From Eledone cirrhosa (taxonomy: Eukaryota): a DNA stretch of 64,000 nucleotides. The notes below the pieces were generated by a model. It ran no database searches, was not told where the DNA came from, and saw only the letters and a program-made list of their open reading frames with translations. Where the stretch lies: positions 190,526,001 through 190,590,000 of the forward strand of contig OZ024743.1 in NCBI GenBank assembly GCA_964016885.1, written 5' to 3'. The position numbers were made by a program, and so were the translations under genes. Position 1 is the first letter of the stretch. Every line of letters starts with the position of its first letter. Shown here piece by piece: positions 42,057 through 56,450 of the stretch.

Positions 42057-42553
42057 TTTTATATATATATATATATATATATTTAAAAGAATAGAGGTGT
42101 AACACACGAGTTATGATATATTGGTAAAAGGAAAAGAAAATGCTGATAAATTGTTCCCAGTGAAAAATAGTTTAATTCGGAATAAGTAAAAATTAGTAAT
42201 AGTATTGGTTAGTATTCAGTTTCGGTTTTAAGTTTTACCGGTTGCGCATTTCTAATGCTTTTCAAAAATGATTTGGAGATAGAGCGTCCGTGATGTTTGC
42301 TCTGATCTGATTAGTTTTGGAAATTCTACCTGCTTTATGTAAAAAAAAGTGGCTCCAGATGTATGAAAAAATTCTTGTGGTCAAAACAATTTTGATTGGT
42401 CGGTAGAGGTCATGTGAATGTTAAAAATTGATTTTGCCCCAAATGTAGGTTTGTCTCGGCTGATTGAGATGTCACTGAAAAATAAGTCTTTCAAGACAAA
42501 TATGTGTGTGTGTGTGTGTGTGTGTAGTAGTAGTAAAGAGGTTCGTTGTTGTG

Positions 42554-42722
42554 ATAATTGTTTCTACTTTAGGCACAAGGCCAGCAATTACCCAGTGCAT
42601 TACTGGTACTTTATTTTATCGACCCCGTAAGGATGAAAGGCAAAGTCAACCTCGGCGGGATTTGAACTCAGATCGTAAAGGGACGTAACTATGCTGGAAA
42701 GCATGGCGTCCGACCCTCTACG
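42554..42722 (-). mobile_element. SINE family A
   Basis: Almost identical to the reverse complement of 550-722. Confidence 0.9.
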
Positions 42723-42927
42723 CTGTTGTGATAATGGTCAGCAGGGATGTGTGTGCGACTGCAGCCTGTTGACAGTTCAAATGCCTATTAATACAAGTGT
42801 GTGTGTGTGTGTGTGTAGTAGAGTAATTCGTGGTAGAGGGATGGTCAGTAGGAATGTGTCTGTACGTGTGTGGGGGATATTTTAACATGTTAAAAGATAT
42901 TTTTCAGCTCTTGTCTTATACGGAGAA

Positions 42928-42962
<35 letters not shown>

Positions 42963-43052
42963 TATATGTCTCTTTGTATGTTAATGTACGCGTGTGTATG
43001 TGTGTGTGTATATATATATGTGTGTGTGTATATATATATATATGTGTGTGTG

Positions 43053-43092
<40 letters not shown>

Positions 43093-43804
43093 AGAATGTG
43101 TGTGTGTGGGTGGACCAGTATGTTTGTGATACTGGTAAAAATGGTGTACATTATTCGATATTTTCAGTAAAAACGATTATCTCAATAGAACATCAAAAAC
43201 CTTAATAATAAAAGGTGTTGGATCAACATATTCAGGATTAGTAGAAAAAATATTACAGTTGGGAAGAACGTGACACGTCATAACGCCTACTGAGGTTAGA
43301 AAATAAACAAATTAATAGTGCAGTATAATGACTTCAGGATAATATTTAACAGACACTATTTGGAAAACCATCTGCTTGTAAATAAATACTCAAACATTGC
43401 TATTGATATGAATACTTTAGTGCAAGTATGGGGAATGACACAAACATTTTAAAAGGTAATATCAATACAAAACGAAATATGAAAATATACAACTGAACAT
43501 TATCTTAAAACGTTTCCATTTATGTTAGGATGCATAGATATACGTAAATATCCAATTAGTTATAATTGTTTATATGCGTTTTCCTAACTTCTATGGATAA
43601 AGGCATGTAATCATATGGATTCAGTCAAACTATACGCATAAAAAGGTTGACTGCTGTAAACTTGGTCGTTTCGCTTCTAGCGCCTGCATTACTGTGATCC
43701 ATATTAATTTTGTTGAAGTTAATACATTCAGCAATTTTATGATGTCAATATTGGTATATGCTAGTGTTTTGATATGCATAGTTATGTGACTGGGTCGTTG
43801 TAAA

Positions 43805-43890
43805 AATTACCGCTTTTACTGACGTATAAGACGCTATCATTTATCCGAAAATTTGATGTTAAATTCTGCCCGCGTCCTGTGCATCAAAGC
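43805..43890 (+). mobile_element. pogo/Tigger-like terminal inverted repeat remnant
   Basis: taccgcttttactgacgtataagacgc...gcgtcctgtgc resembles pogo-type termini (TACCG...TATAAGACGC). Confidence 0.4.
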
Positions 43891-43954
43891 AATGGATATA
43901 ACAATAACAATAACAATAACAACATCAACAACAACAATAATAATAATGATAATA

Positions 43955-44085
43955 ATGATTTCTAATATGGGCACATGGCCAGTAATTTGTGGGGAAAGGA
44001 ATGTCGATTAAATCGACTCCAGTGCATTACGGGTGCTATATTTTATCGACCGCATAAGGATGAAATGCGAAGCTAACCCCGTCAG
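43955..44085 (-). mobile_element. Older SINE family A-related copy
   Basis: ccagtgcattacgggtgctatattttatcgaccgcataaggatgaaatgc; similar diverged copies near 3140-3275, 40095-40225 and 57585-57680. Confidence 0.65.
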
Positions 44086-44099
44086 GAATAATAATAAAA

Positions 44100-45690
44100 T
44101 TCCCACTTCAATCTTGATTGAGACAACCTCTGAATTTATGGATGAAAATCATATATTCCCTATTGAGCAAAAAGGTGGTCGTCGTGGATATTATTGGTGC
44201 AAATACGAACTTCTCATTAACTGTATGATTCTGGAAAACTGCCATAAAATATATATCTGAGTACTGCTTGGATTGACTATAAGAAATCATTTGACAGTGT
44301 TCCCCACTCATGGATTTTGAAATCTTTGGATGTCCTGAAACTTTCCCCAGTAATATCAAATTTTGTGATATACGACATATCTATATGGAATATAAATCTA
44401 TCATTGTCACACAGTGATGGCACTATAAATTCCAACAGGATATCTATTAACTGTAGTGTATTTCAAGGCGAGTCGTTTTCTCGTCTGATATTTTGCATTG
44501 CACTCACACCGCTGTCTTTAGCGCTAAACAAAGAATATAGCAACTAAATAGACTGCAAAACCATAAATCACCTGTTTTATATGGATGACTTGAAGCTGTA
44601 TGCCAAAAATGACAACGAACTGGGAGGACTGCTGAAGACAGACAACGTGTTCAGAGATGATGTGGGGATGGAGAGTGGACAGGACAAATGCGCCAAAGCA
44701 ACATTCAAGAAAAGCAGAATGACAAGCACAAACTCAATAGAAATAGATGTGAATAAAGTAATTTGGCAACTAGGACACAAAGAACGTACACATATCTAGG
44801 GATCAATGGAGGCCAAGGTATTCATTAAACCATCATGACAGGGAGCGTCAGGGAAAATGCGATCGGAGACTATGTGCTAACATGAAAACGGAGCTTATCT
44901 TAAGAAATAAATTATCTGCCATAAATGCGCTTGCAATCCCAGTTGTCACCTACAGTTTCCATATTATGAATTGGAACGTTAACGAAATTAAAAGAATGGA
45001 CACCAAAATCAGGAAATATTTTATATGTAATAGAATACATCAGCCTAAAGCAGATTAGAATCACCTCTATCACCCTAGACAAAATGAAATAGAGAAATGA
45101 TCCAGCAACAGCTTTCGTACAGGATATCGATCATTGGATTCAATCAGTACCTTAAAACCAGAGATGAGTAGATGATGAAAATGGTTGCGGATCATGAAAA
45201 GAAGAAGCGGTTATATTCAGTCACAAAGGAAAGTAGGGAGTTTGCGGAGGAATTGGGAATTCAGTTGGAAAATGATAGTGAGTCTGCAATTAAAGCCGCA
45301 AAGTATATCAATATGTTGACAAAATATGGTCAACAGAGATTGTGCACAAAATGGGAGCAGCAGCCACTACATGGGCAGTATGTTTTCCGTAGAAAAGAAC
45401 CTGATGTAGATCAAACACTCACCCATCAGAAGGTGCAGAGCTCTGGGCTGCAAGCAGATAGTGTAGACTTCATTTTTGCTTCACAAGACCAGTGCCTTCC
45501 AACATGCAACTTTCAAGCCAATATGATCAGAAATAGAATTGACCCAAAGTGTCGATTCTCTGATGACCAGGTTGAAACTATTGAACACCTGGTTTCAGGC
45601 TGCAAGTATTAGCTCCCCAGGTATATACAACGAGTCATTATAGTGTGGGACAATATTTACACTGGGTAATGTGCAAACTCTATTGTCTAA
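44100..45690 (+). mobile_element. R4/Dong-clade LINE remnant (RT to CCHC finger)
   Basis: EQKGGRRG, IDYKKSFDSVPHSWI, FQGESFS, HLFYMDDLKLYAKN, NKLSAINALAIPV, LHGQY, ASQDQ, PKCRF...ETIEHLVSGC; left junction at a short (TAA)n run. Confidence 0.85.
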
Positions 45691-45759
45691 AAACGGAGAG
45701 ATAGAGGATGGAAGCTCCACTAAGAAAGGAGTGTAAATGAAGAATTGAGGATACTCACG

Positions 45760-46060
45760 AACCCCCGTCACTCAGAATGTGTTAAATGCAGTGAATCCCA
45801 TTGGGACGGAGGATTTACCATTTAACGCTGCGACTGAAGGAACGGTTTCAGTGCGTAGTGCAATTTTATGCGTCAAACGGACAGCCCAAATGCAGATCCT
45901 TCCTAGAAGAAGTCACGTTAGATGTAATCAAAATTGAGACATATATCCTAATGCAACACTTCAATGCACATGTTGGCACTAACTACATGACATGGAAAGG
46001 AATTATTAGAATGAACAGGGATCTCGATCTTAACGTGAATGGAAAGGCCAATATTGATAT
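45760..46060 (+). mobile_element. RTE-group APE endonuclease fragment
   Basis: VVQFYASN...LMQHFNAHVGTNYMTWKGII...DLNVNG (GDFNAHVG-like). Confidence 0.6.
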
Positions 46061-46089
46061 TTATCTTCTAAGAAACAACATTACTGCCT

Positions 46090-46985
46090 AATTATAGTTA
46101 TGGAAATAAACTATCGGTAATAGATAAGCGTGAAAATATTTGTAAATATACAGTAATGGCTAATCAGCCTGGCGTAACAAAGTTTCACTTTTGGGTCTGC
46201 CTAAAGGAAAGCAGCCTGTTGCTTTTTTGTGTTGTTTCTTAGCGTATGTTTCATTCCTTGTGGTTTCTAAAAGGAAACCTTTCCAAGTAGCATGTGATAA
46301 ATTATGCAACGATCACGAAAATAGAGCACCCGAAAGATATTTTGGCTTTTCACCAACAGGCAAAATGACTCGTTCTTGGCGCGATTAAGAAGAAAAATAA
46401 ATAATGATACAAGGTAGTAAACGCAATTTCCGGAGTAAAAAAAAAACGGCAATATCTTGAAAAGGATTATGTTGTGGATCAGAAAAGGTGAAGAATTTGA
46501 GTTTCTACACATATGATCAATTTTACAGAAAGAAGATTTCAGATTATAATAATTCTGAAAATGTTGTTGGTCTCACATCTTGATGTTATCACTTCATAGA
46601 ACGGAAACTCCTTTAATGTGAACTAAAACGATAATTGCTGAAAAAATGCCGAATGTTTTGAGATATAAGTGTGGGAATTTTACAAATGCATTATGGAGTT
46701 ATGAACAAAAACTTGTTTTGAATTTTCCCGAAGACAAAAAAATGACGAAAGCTCTTTTAACGTTTGTTGTTCCAAACATTAAAAGTGTAAATATAAATGG
46801 TATTAAACCTATTACTATTAAAGCTACTGGACACAAAAAACGAAAACAATGCAATATTCAATGTTATAAGCATGCTGTGCAGATGTAATACAATTACACC
46901 TAATTTTCAAAAGCAATGCCCAAATAAAATTTTCCCACCGTTCTCTACATTCATGGACATAACAAGCAATGGATGTTGAAGGCCT
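46090..46985 (+). mobile_element. Decayed pogo-like DDE transposase
   Basis: Remnants ETPL, SVNINGIKPITIKATGHKK and HGHNKQWM resemble pogo DETP / G.K.V.IKTTGHEK / N.K.WM motifs. Confidence 0.45.
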
Positions 46986-46989
46986 AATA

Positions 46990-47760
46990 TTACAAAAGTT
47001 TAAAGACAATGGGATTAAGCGTATACGTCGTATTAAAAATGCCATCTCTCCGAATCGGGGATTCCATTAAAATTCACAAGAGATATAAAAGGGAACGGTA
47101 AAATGTAATGAGCCTAAAAGTAAATTGGCTTTTATGCCTACTAGTTTAAAATGACGATTGAAACTGTTCGACCACTCCACATTAAAATACCACAAGAATG
47201 ACATGAATGTATTCTGCATGAAGATTTTAATACGAACCCTTCTGTGAAAAGAGATAATACGGTATTTTATCCAGATATGCAGGTAGGTGAGGAATTCGTA
47301 GGTAAAAGTGAAAAATATCATAATGCTTTGAATGCCTGGTTGCGAAATACGAGTCGGCTGTTCATACAAAGATCTACATGGCAAACCGTATTTTTGATAG
47401 TCTTTTCGCAGATTGTAGAACACTGGAAATTTGTTTTTCCCGTGCGGCACAGATTATAATATGAACCCTTCAATTATGACAGGAAATTAGTCCTGTAGGC
47501 TGGACAGGATGTCATCATAGATACGTTATGGGTTTGTACATATCCATGAAGAGATTTAGCAATAAGTTAGCAACTTCAGAAATGTCTATTATCGCTTTCG
47601 TATGACGCTCAACAGCGAATATCAGAAAATCCGTAACACCTGCACGAAGAACACCTTGTCCATATTTCAACAACATTTTCACAACCACCTCTCTGAAAGA
47701 CTCTCGTCGATACAGTGCAACATTGAGAAGCATGGAGAACTTGTTGCATTTAAAAAAACA
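46990..47760 (-). mobile_element. Decayed L1/Tx1-like RT fragment
   Basis: YGQGVL...FLIFAVE...KPITYL (GVxQG..LF..E..YADD region) followed by a YLHI (YLGI-like) motif. Confidence 0.4.
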
Positions 47761-47784
47761 AACGTTTACCAACCTACCAATCAT

Positions 47785-48012
47785 TGTATCATCAACATCA
47801 TCATCATGCGGCTGCCTCAGCCGAAATGAACTCAACAATTGATCTCCATGTGGGTCTGTCGTTCATTGGCGTTGCCAAATCCTGGATTTCAATACCAGAA
47901 TCTCTGGAGATGACATCGGGGTAGAAGAGCTTGCGCCCCCTGTTGTTAGTAACTGGCACTTACATTCGCCTGCTTCAACGCACTCAGCCATTGCAAAACC
48001 TCAAGCCAACGC
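47785..48012 (-). mobile_element. RTE-X-like LINE 3' end with (TGA)n tail
   Basis: Minus: RGRKLFYPDVISRDSGIEIQDLATPMNDRPTWRSIVEFISAEAAA*, then tgatgatgatg. Confidence 0.7.
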
Positions 48013-48240
48013 CTTTATGTGTAGTATAATGATTTATATCGAACTTCGATTCGACAAAAGACCACACAGATGTCCTCTACAACGATTATTACAGTGATCA
48101 TTCCAAACATACTAAGAATAATTATATTAGCAACCTGAAAACTTAAAAGATTAAGCACCAGATCGGTCGGATATTCTGGCTTAAGGCCAAAACTGTTTAT
48201 ATCACTCGTACTTTTCATTTGTACAATGTGTGTGTGTGTG

Positions 48241-48307
<67 letters not shown>

Positions 48308-49737
48308 AGTTTATCACTATATCTTGTGGAATTTGGAATATTTTCGTTGTCTTACATAGTTAAGCTTTAGGGTATATTTTATTCCTGCTAGCGTTGTTAA
48401 TGAAAGCTGTTTCTTGCTTTCTTCCTATGTATATCTTGCTACATGTAAATCATAAAAATTCATATTTTCTGTTCCTTAACAATTAATAATCCATTCATTT
48501 TTACTATTTATTTTTACATTTATAAACTGACGAATTATTTCTTCATTTAGCTATATTTTATAATGAGACAGTCTTTTAAAATCTTCGTAGAAGTTCTTTT
48601 CTTCTTCATTCATTTAAAATATAATCTCAAGGTTACATTTTCCTATTTCCATTATTCCATTTCCCTCTACTTGAGTACAACTATAGTTTCTTGTAAGGGC
48701 AATTAAAACATTATTGCTTATCATTTTATTGTCAGCATTTAATTTTCTTTTAAGTGATTTTCTTAAACGTCTATAGATAGCATTCTATTCTTTCCTGAAG
48801 TTGCTGGTGTTATATACCATTTTTTATGTTTTTATTAATTTACGAATATGTGTATATCTAATATTTATAGTAGTTATACAAATAAAGCCATGGCATGAAT
48901 GTTGTTGAAATAGATTTATAGTTATAATCTTAGGACCTCAAATCCAACCTATGAAAATATTATATATTTTTCTTCGGGTTCAACAAAATAAAAATTGTCA
49001 TATACTATGATTTATATAATCTATTACGCACTAAGCTCAAAGGGAAATGTGGCATTGATCATGTAATAGAAATCAATGTTATTTGTGTATTGTTTGCAAC
49101 AGACACATCAACAGAAAAACCAAGCCAACACAACAACAATAACATCTATTTCATCCATATCAAATTTTGCAGCCAAAATATCCCCCGAACTAAAGCTATA
49201 ACAAAATCAAATTTGATTATTATGATTATCATAACGCTGAATGCATGGGAATGCAGTACGGCAAAACAAACATACACACCTGGGTGAATTCAAAACGAAA
49301 ATCATACTTGACAGATGAATAAACCTTGCACGGGCTACTGTACTGAAACATAATTTACTATTTGTATTATACTCATATTTTAATGAATTACAATACTGTA
49401 TTCAGATTCAATAATTGTGCATTTTATAATTTTCTTGATATACTGCCTCCCAATTGTTCCAAATTCCCTCAGGGGGAATCATTTATCCTTTATTACTAAT
49501 AATACTTTTTGTCGACTATAGATTTCCTAGGAAAACAATTACACATCTTTTCTTTCAGAGCAGTGTGTTGCTTTAATTTTTTCTGGTTTTAACCTGTTTT
49601 ATCTTTTTCGTTTAATTCATACTATGTGTGATTGTGCTTGGATATGTGTTATCTTCAATTGTGTTTCACTGTGTCACTAGTTCAGACATTTCTTAGAAAG
49701 CAATATATAAACATAACACAAGTGAAATAAACATTCA

Positions 49738-50640
49738 TAATAATAATAATCCTTTCTTTATGGGAAAAAGACGCATCAAACATAAAAAAAACGATTTAGA
49801 AAAATGTATTAAAAACAATCACGTTAGCTTTCATATAGTATAAACGTGTGTGATAAATACAAAAGCAATAAATATATATGACACCTACACTGGAATAAGA
49901 ACCACTACGTAATAATGATCAAGGTCCCCCCAATTCTACTCATTAGCACTTCCAGACCAGAGATTAATTGAATTTATCCATATATCCTGGGGCTGAACGA
50001 CGCCCGGAATAGACTATATATTGAATCTCTTTAGAGTCTCTGAGAACGTTGTGACACATCTCCGCAACAGATGCTCTATATAGTGCAACGGTTAACGTCC
50101 CACCTACCACATTACCTAACTAGTAGATTCTTCTGAGTCTCTCCCAATATTCCAGATGTCAGATGCCAAAACATTGTCTATTCTTGATCCAAGAGAAAAG
50201 CTGTAGAAAATTATACTTGATAAAATGGGTCATACCATTTCACTTCCTTCAAATATCTGCAGATGTCGATCAGATCATTCCAATTCTGCATTGCATACAC
50301 AAGGGTTTAGCAACAGATGGGCAGTCTGGCGGTTTGATCTGATACTTCCATAAGAAGTAAATGGGCAGTTTGGTTAGATGTCTCCAGAGACAGAACACAA
50401 CTATCAGATGAAATAACTGACATTGGCGATGTGTACTAATGCCCTATCATTAACAGGAAACAAAATTAAGAAAAATATATATCATTTTCTATCAATTTTG
50501 ATCATCTGCCTCTGATTCATATCTCATACCTCATGTTCCACAGACTGGATTTCTCGAAAAGTACCTCTGAATAATATTTGAAACAGGATGACCATAGAAA
50601 CAACATATTTTGTTGAGATTTTCCATAAAGTTGTTCATGA
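49738..50640 (-). mobile_element. Decayed R4/Dong-like LINE 3' fragment
   Basis: Minus-strand remnants of a CxxC finger and PVND (P.D.N-like) motif; ends at (TAA)n at 49738. Confidence 0.35.
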
Positions 50641-50649
50641 GAAGGTTTG

Positions 50650-53150
50650 ATTACTTTGTTTTAAAAATAATGAGCACAACAGAAACACGAAACCAAATAC
50701 GCATTCACCCGCAATGCAACACCTAACAACGACCAGAATAAAAACACACATCACACCAGATTTACTAGAAGTAATATTCAAGAGTATCTAAATGAAGCAA
50801 TGAAGCAATAACGAAAATAGAACATTCTGAAATCAATAAACAAGGATCAGCGAAAACACCTCCCTTAACTACAGAGTAAAAATACCTTTATAAACAAATA
50901 ATTCTGTTTAAGATAACAAACTTCCTGTATACCGACAGACGGAATATTATAATATATTCACTAGCATCAGCAATATTGAATACAATTTGGTTACATCCTA
51001 GTAGAGATAAATCTTCACCTTAATATAGAGATAAATCTTCCCCAAAATACAAGGCTGAAAGAAAATATAATACACAATATTGCTATAAAATAAAGTTCTA
51101 TCCTTGGTTTGTGTTATGGAAAACAAGGGATCCATCATAAAAAGGTGTAACGGATTCAATAACCAGATATATAACATCGATACAAAAGTGGGTGTAGATT
51201 AAGTAATATAAAGTATAGTCTCAAAAATATGCTGAACGAGTCATTTTGATATACATGATCACTTCGTCCAAGAAAATAAACGATTCCAAACATTCACCAA
51301 TCAAATCTACATATGCATCAGCAAGAAATATCATGATGATAGAAGACATTAAAATCAATGGAAATTCAGGCATACCAGAAGTGAATGTAGAGCAAAGAGT
51401 ATCAATGCAACACAAATGCACAATGCATCAGAATGGAAGAGTAGAAAGGCATGTTAACATAAGTGTTTCCCATCATCAGCGGCAATGACGCAATGAGATC
51501 CACAAATGACTGGAAAACATTAGGAATATACATCTGTAACTTCTGGCTGAAACAGCCGTCCATCACACATTGGTATATAGCAGCAAAATCAATTCCTGTT
51601 TGGATGCTAGAAGAAAAAGCCATGTTGACCCCAAACAAAATAATACACAAGATTAAATGCCCACAATAAGCCTAAAAACAACGTATAAACTCTTGCTTGC
51701 TCTATATATAACTGGTTGAGTACACACGTAAACACCAACAATATGTTAGCAAAAGAGAAAAGGTAGTATCGGGAAGGAATAAGCAGCTGTACAAAACCGC
51801 TACTTGTAAATCAGACAGTTATAGAAAACTGTGGAAAGAGGGAAACACATATCAACATGATCTTAAATGACTAGCGAAAAACATTTGACCATATTCCACA
51901 TTACTGCATATTGGAGTCACTCTTTATGCATAAAGGGAGCCAAACATTATGAAAATAGAGACATCGTGCCATAAACAAAAACAGTTAAACCGGCATATCA
52001 TTGAAAGACTAAGAACAGATAACTCAAACGTAACCTATACAGAGAGGAAGAGACTACGTATCTTCTACTTTTCTGACCTGCTCTGAATCCACTAACAAAG
52101 CTGCCGTACAAGAGTACTACAGGTGGACGAAACTATTTATATGGGATAATACGAAATAGAGTACATTCTGGAAATGTTCCATCAATCTATTTAAGATATA
52201 TAGATGTGCCAAAGTCAATACAAGAAAAGGTAAATTATCCATCAATGAAAATATTATACTTCTCATAGACACTGAAATCATTGATACCAAGGACTCTACG
52301 AAATAACTAAATACAAAACACGAAGATGATTATGAACGATTACTACAAAAGAGTTAGACTAACGTTAAAAACAGAACTTAGAGGTAAAAATACGATATTA
52401 GGTATAAATACGCAACCACGTCATAATAAACCAAGAATTAAGTTCAATGGCTTAATTACAGACAGAGTACCAAAGGTACCACTCCAAAGCAGATGTAGAG
52501 AGAATATGCCTACAGCATGGAAAGAGCACGTTATTTGATACTAATAGACAAGTAGATTAAAATAATAACAATCGGACTAGTAAATTCTTAGTCACAAACA
52601 CACAATAGATATTTTCTCTATAAGTAAATGATGCAATAAAGCTAGACACTTAAACCACTGAAACAACAGATTCAGATAATCAACAAACATTAAATAAAAC
52701 AATAACAATTCGTAAACGTGTTCACGAGGCACGCACCTAAGAATTTCGAACTTTAAGGAAACAGAAAAAAATTAAAATATTATTAAAAAATATACTCAAA
52801 ATGAAATGAAAAGAAAAGCCACTCCATGGTCATTACCCCGCAAAGCTCGATAGAGATGGTATACGTCAGAAGGAAATTTAACAATGTTTCAAAATCTCTG
52901 CGCCAAAAGCGGAAGCAGAGAAAGTGATTTATCTGCATAAGAATACTGTTTGGCCACAAACAATTGCAGCATTAAAGTAATGAAAACAAATCCTGTAACC
53001 AAATGGAGTCTATGCAAATGGCACAATCCGATAGCTAGCTACCTCATCTCCGGCTATCCAGTATTTGCCAAGTTTGAATATATACAGCTATATGCACTGG
53101 GTCATATGTCAACACTTTTATATGAAATGGAACTGTAATACTTAAACATT
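50650..53150 (+). mobile_element. Heavily decayed R4/Dong LINE
   Basis: Collinear remnants NFWLK, LKTTYKL, D*RKTFDHIPH, KNTILGINT, HSKADVER, PLHGHYP, LISGYPVFAKFEY. Confidence 0.7.
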
Positions 53151-54221
53151 GAAATCATTCCTTCCCAAAATGTTGTTAAGAGAGAAATGGAAGTTTGTCA
53201 AAATACAAGGATTTCGAAATTAAAACAAATATCGATTGGAGCAATAAGTGTGATAGAAAAACATGAAAAAAACCATAGAAGCCATAATAGGGCTGACAAC
53301 ATATAACTCTGTTATCAACAATCAACTCAAAACCTAAAATTTCAAAACACAACAGACACACTTTAGCGTAAACACTTAATAAAATAACACAACACCGCAA
53401 TATTCATCCGCCAAGATTAAAGCATCCAATAAATTAACATAATATATAGTCTTACATAACCGATAACCGACATTGTAGTGTTTCTAAACCACCAACTATA
53501 ATCTCAGGACCACGCTACTTAACCGCAAGTCTATGAAACTTATGTCGTCTGTGGAATGTGGTTCACTTTATGTTTCTTTTTTAGGTCTATTGTTTTAGCA
53601 TTTTTTCTTTTACTGTAGCTGTAGATTTGATGTGTTTGTCTATCCTCAATGAGCTTTTAATCGTCGCAATATCCTTGTGTGGAAAATACATGAAAATATA
53701 AGTCAACATATTGCAGATAGAAAAAAAATCACAACATTGAATATGAGGTGCATGAGTCAAAACTTTCCTATTAAATAGCCTCCAAATTCCCACAAAAAGC
53801 ATGTAATAAATCAGAATATATTATGTAATTACTAAATATATGGAGGTATGGAAGAATCTACTTAGCACACATCACTGACTGCCCAGTCTAAACCAAGACA
53901 AATAGATCTAAAGGCACAATTTGAGTGCTCATAACGTTGAACGTATGCCAGTTTTATTTAAAAAAAAACAGTTTGACATAAATAAGTATCAAAGGCGATT
54001 ATAGAGAATGACAAATTAACCCTACTCTGGTATATGCTTAGCCACACAGTCATATACATCAAATCTAGTTCACCGAATATTGTTGGCTAAAACAAATGGG
54101 AAAGAAACTCCTTTTAATCGAAAAATCTGTCCAAATAGATTATGAACTGAAAAGAACTGGAGGTATTTTCTAAATATAAATATCTGAAAACAGAGCCAAC
54201 CAGAATATTGAGACTTTGTTA

Positions 54222-54352
54222 CGGCCCTTTCCATTCTGAGTTCAAATCCCGCCGAGGTTAGCTTTGCCTTTCATCCTTACGGGGTCGATAAAATAAAGTA
54301 CCAGTAATGTACTGGGTAATTGCTGGCCTTGTGCCAAAAGTAAAAACAATTA
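54222..54352 (+). mobile_element. SINE family A, 5'-truncated
   Basis: gagttcaaatcccgccgagg...gtcgataaaataaagtaccag...ggccttgtgccaaaagta. Confidence 0.88.
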
Positions 54353-54566
54353 TTATACGTGGATTGGAATCGAGTAGAGATCATGCAGACAAACCATAAC
54401 TAACTCTCAAGGATTTACAAATATACTCAACATACGGTAAATAGGACTACTAAATAGTATAGGTGAGGTAGAATAATGGTAATGCAACATTAAATACAGA
54501 TACTCAACAAATCATTGAACATACCAAAGACACATAGTACTACACTTGATAGTGCGATGAAACGCA

Positions 54567-54567
54567 C

Positions 54568-54614
<47 letters not shown>

Positions 54615-54623
54615 ACAACAACT

Positions 54624-54663
<40 letters not shown>

Positions 54664-54716
54664 TAGTAATAGTAGTAGTAGTAGTAGTAGTAGTAGCAGC
54701 AGCAGCAGCAGCAGCG
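54567..54716. repeat. Compound (TAG)n/(CAG)n trinucleotide repeat
   Basis: Direct reading. Confidence 0.95.
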
Positions 54717-54984
54717 TATAGAATTATTTTAGCAAAAATATGTAGGAAAAAAATGTTCTAAGCTTATCTTTGATGTCTGAGTAAATAACAATGGTTGATT
54801 GAGTTTTATTTCAAGTAAGAAATTCTGTATGAAAATCAATATTTTCTACGACTATGGAAACATCTGTGATATTAAAATGGAACGCACATGAATATTGCCT
54901 AAATTTTTCTGTAAATAATGCAATAAAATAGATAATATATTTTCCTTGAAATATGAAGTGGAACAACATATTTACAAGGTAGAC

Positions 54985-55140
54985 AAAAAAAAGAAAAAAA
55001 AGAAAAAAAAGAAAAAAAAGAAAAAAAAGAAAAAAAAGAAAAAAAAGAAAAAAAATAAAAAAAAATAAAAAAAAATAAAAAAAATAAAAAAATAAAAAAA
55101 AATAAAAAAAAGAAAAAAGAAAAAAAGAAAAAAAAGAAAA
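54985..55140. repeat. A-rich 8-mer tandem repeat (A7G)n-(A7T)n-(A7G)n
   Basis: Direct reading. Confidence 0.95.
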
Positions 55141-55479
55141 TTTCTTATACAGTACACCTCACTAAAAGTTTCGATTTCTATGGTTAACATCAATATTGTC
55201 AACTATTTGTTTGCTTATACATTTAACTTTTTTGGTACATTTGTGATCACGTCTAATGTTCACTTATCGTTTTATTTCACAAGAAATAAGATAGTTTTAA
55301 ACTTAAATAAAATGAAAAACTGGGCCTGTACCTGTGGCATAAGAATAAAAGTAATCAACATTTTCGCCCATAGCATCTACAAAAGATGTAATCTGTTTTT
55401 CTTGTGATGTATCCCATTTTATTTTCATGATTCTCCAATTGTTACTTGCGATTACATACCACTAGTGATTTTTTTTAGG

Positions 55480-56450
55480 CGAGAGGCTGAGGATGGCATC
55501 CTATAGAGTTAGTCTTTCGTTTAAGTTAACATAGAACATCAAAAGTACCATAGAATCAGTTCGTCTCTTGTAGTTGTATACATTCTGTATTTGCCATATC
55601 ATCTTTCTGTTCCATTGCTATGAATGGAAGACAACAGCATCAGAGATAAAGTACACTCGGTACTGACCAAGCTGCTTCAGCCATTCTACTCTACCCTGTG
55701 CCAGGTTAGTAGTTACTAAATTTGATTTTTATTGTTTACATCCTCAATATATTGATAAATCCAAGCTTTTCCAAAACAATATGGCTATGTAACATTTTTT
55801 TGGGGTGATTGTAACGAAAAGTGTTTTATATCTTCTGCCTAACGTATGTTTTCTCAAAATGTAATATTTTGAATGTAACATTACATCTGTTAATGACGAA
55901 TGTGGCTTTGCTATCAGCCCTTCATTGTTTCTGGAAAATTAACTCCGGGCGCTTATCGAGGCAAGGAGATATATCTCTTCTACTAATGTTTCTCTTATTG
56001 CCTGGAACCGTTTTATTGAAAGTTTTCGAAAGTAATATTTCCTTTCTATCACTGACTGAACAATTCCAAATACAGTAACGTTTGCGTATTGCTCGATATA
56101 CTCAGCAAAAATAACAAAACATTTCGCCAATTGGAAATTGAGCTACTGTAGTGGTATATGTAATTGTGAGGTTCAAGTCTCTAAATGATTTTTAATTCAT
56201 TTATATTTAGTCCCTCTTTTGCCTATGTAGTTTCCAATTGATTATCACTTAAAATAACTGCGTCATCATAAAATGATAACACAGGAACATCAGTAAATCT
56301 ACTGGATAGTCTTCTCTACTGGATAGTCTGATATGTTTCCTTACCACAAAGCACCATGCTCTTATATTATTTCATTACACCTGGCCAGGCGCGTCTCGCT
56401 TTATTTCTATTATGGATTTACCAAAGATTGGTTATCGTAATATGATAGAC
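55480..56450 (-). mobile_element. Very decayed RTE-like RT fragment
   Basis: Minus: LSFYDDAVILSDN...KEGLNIN and IAKATF remnants. Confidence 0.35.

Noticed and set aside
54515-54721. Poly-Ser ORF
   Set aside because: Translation of the (TAG)n/(CAG)n repeat with no other coding evidence
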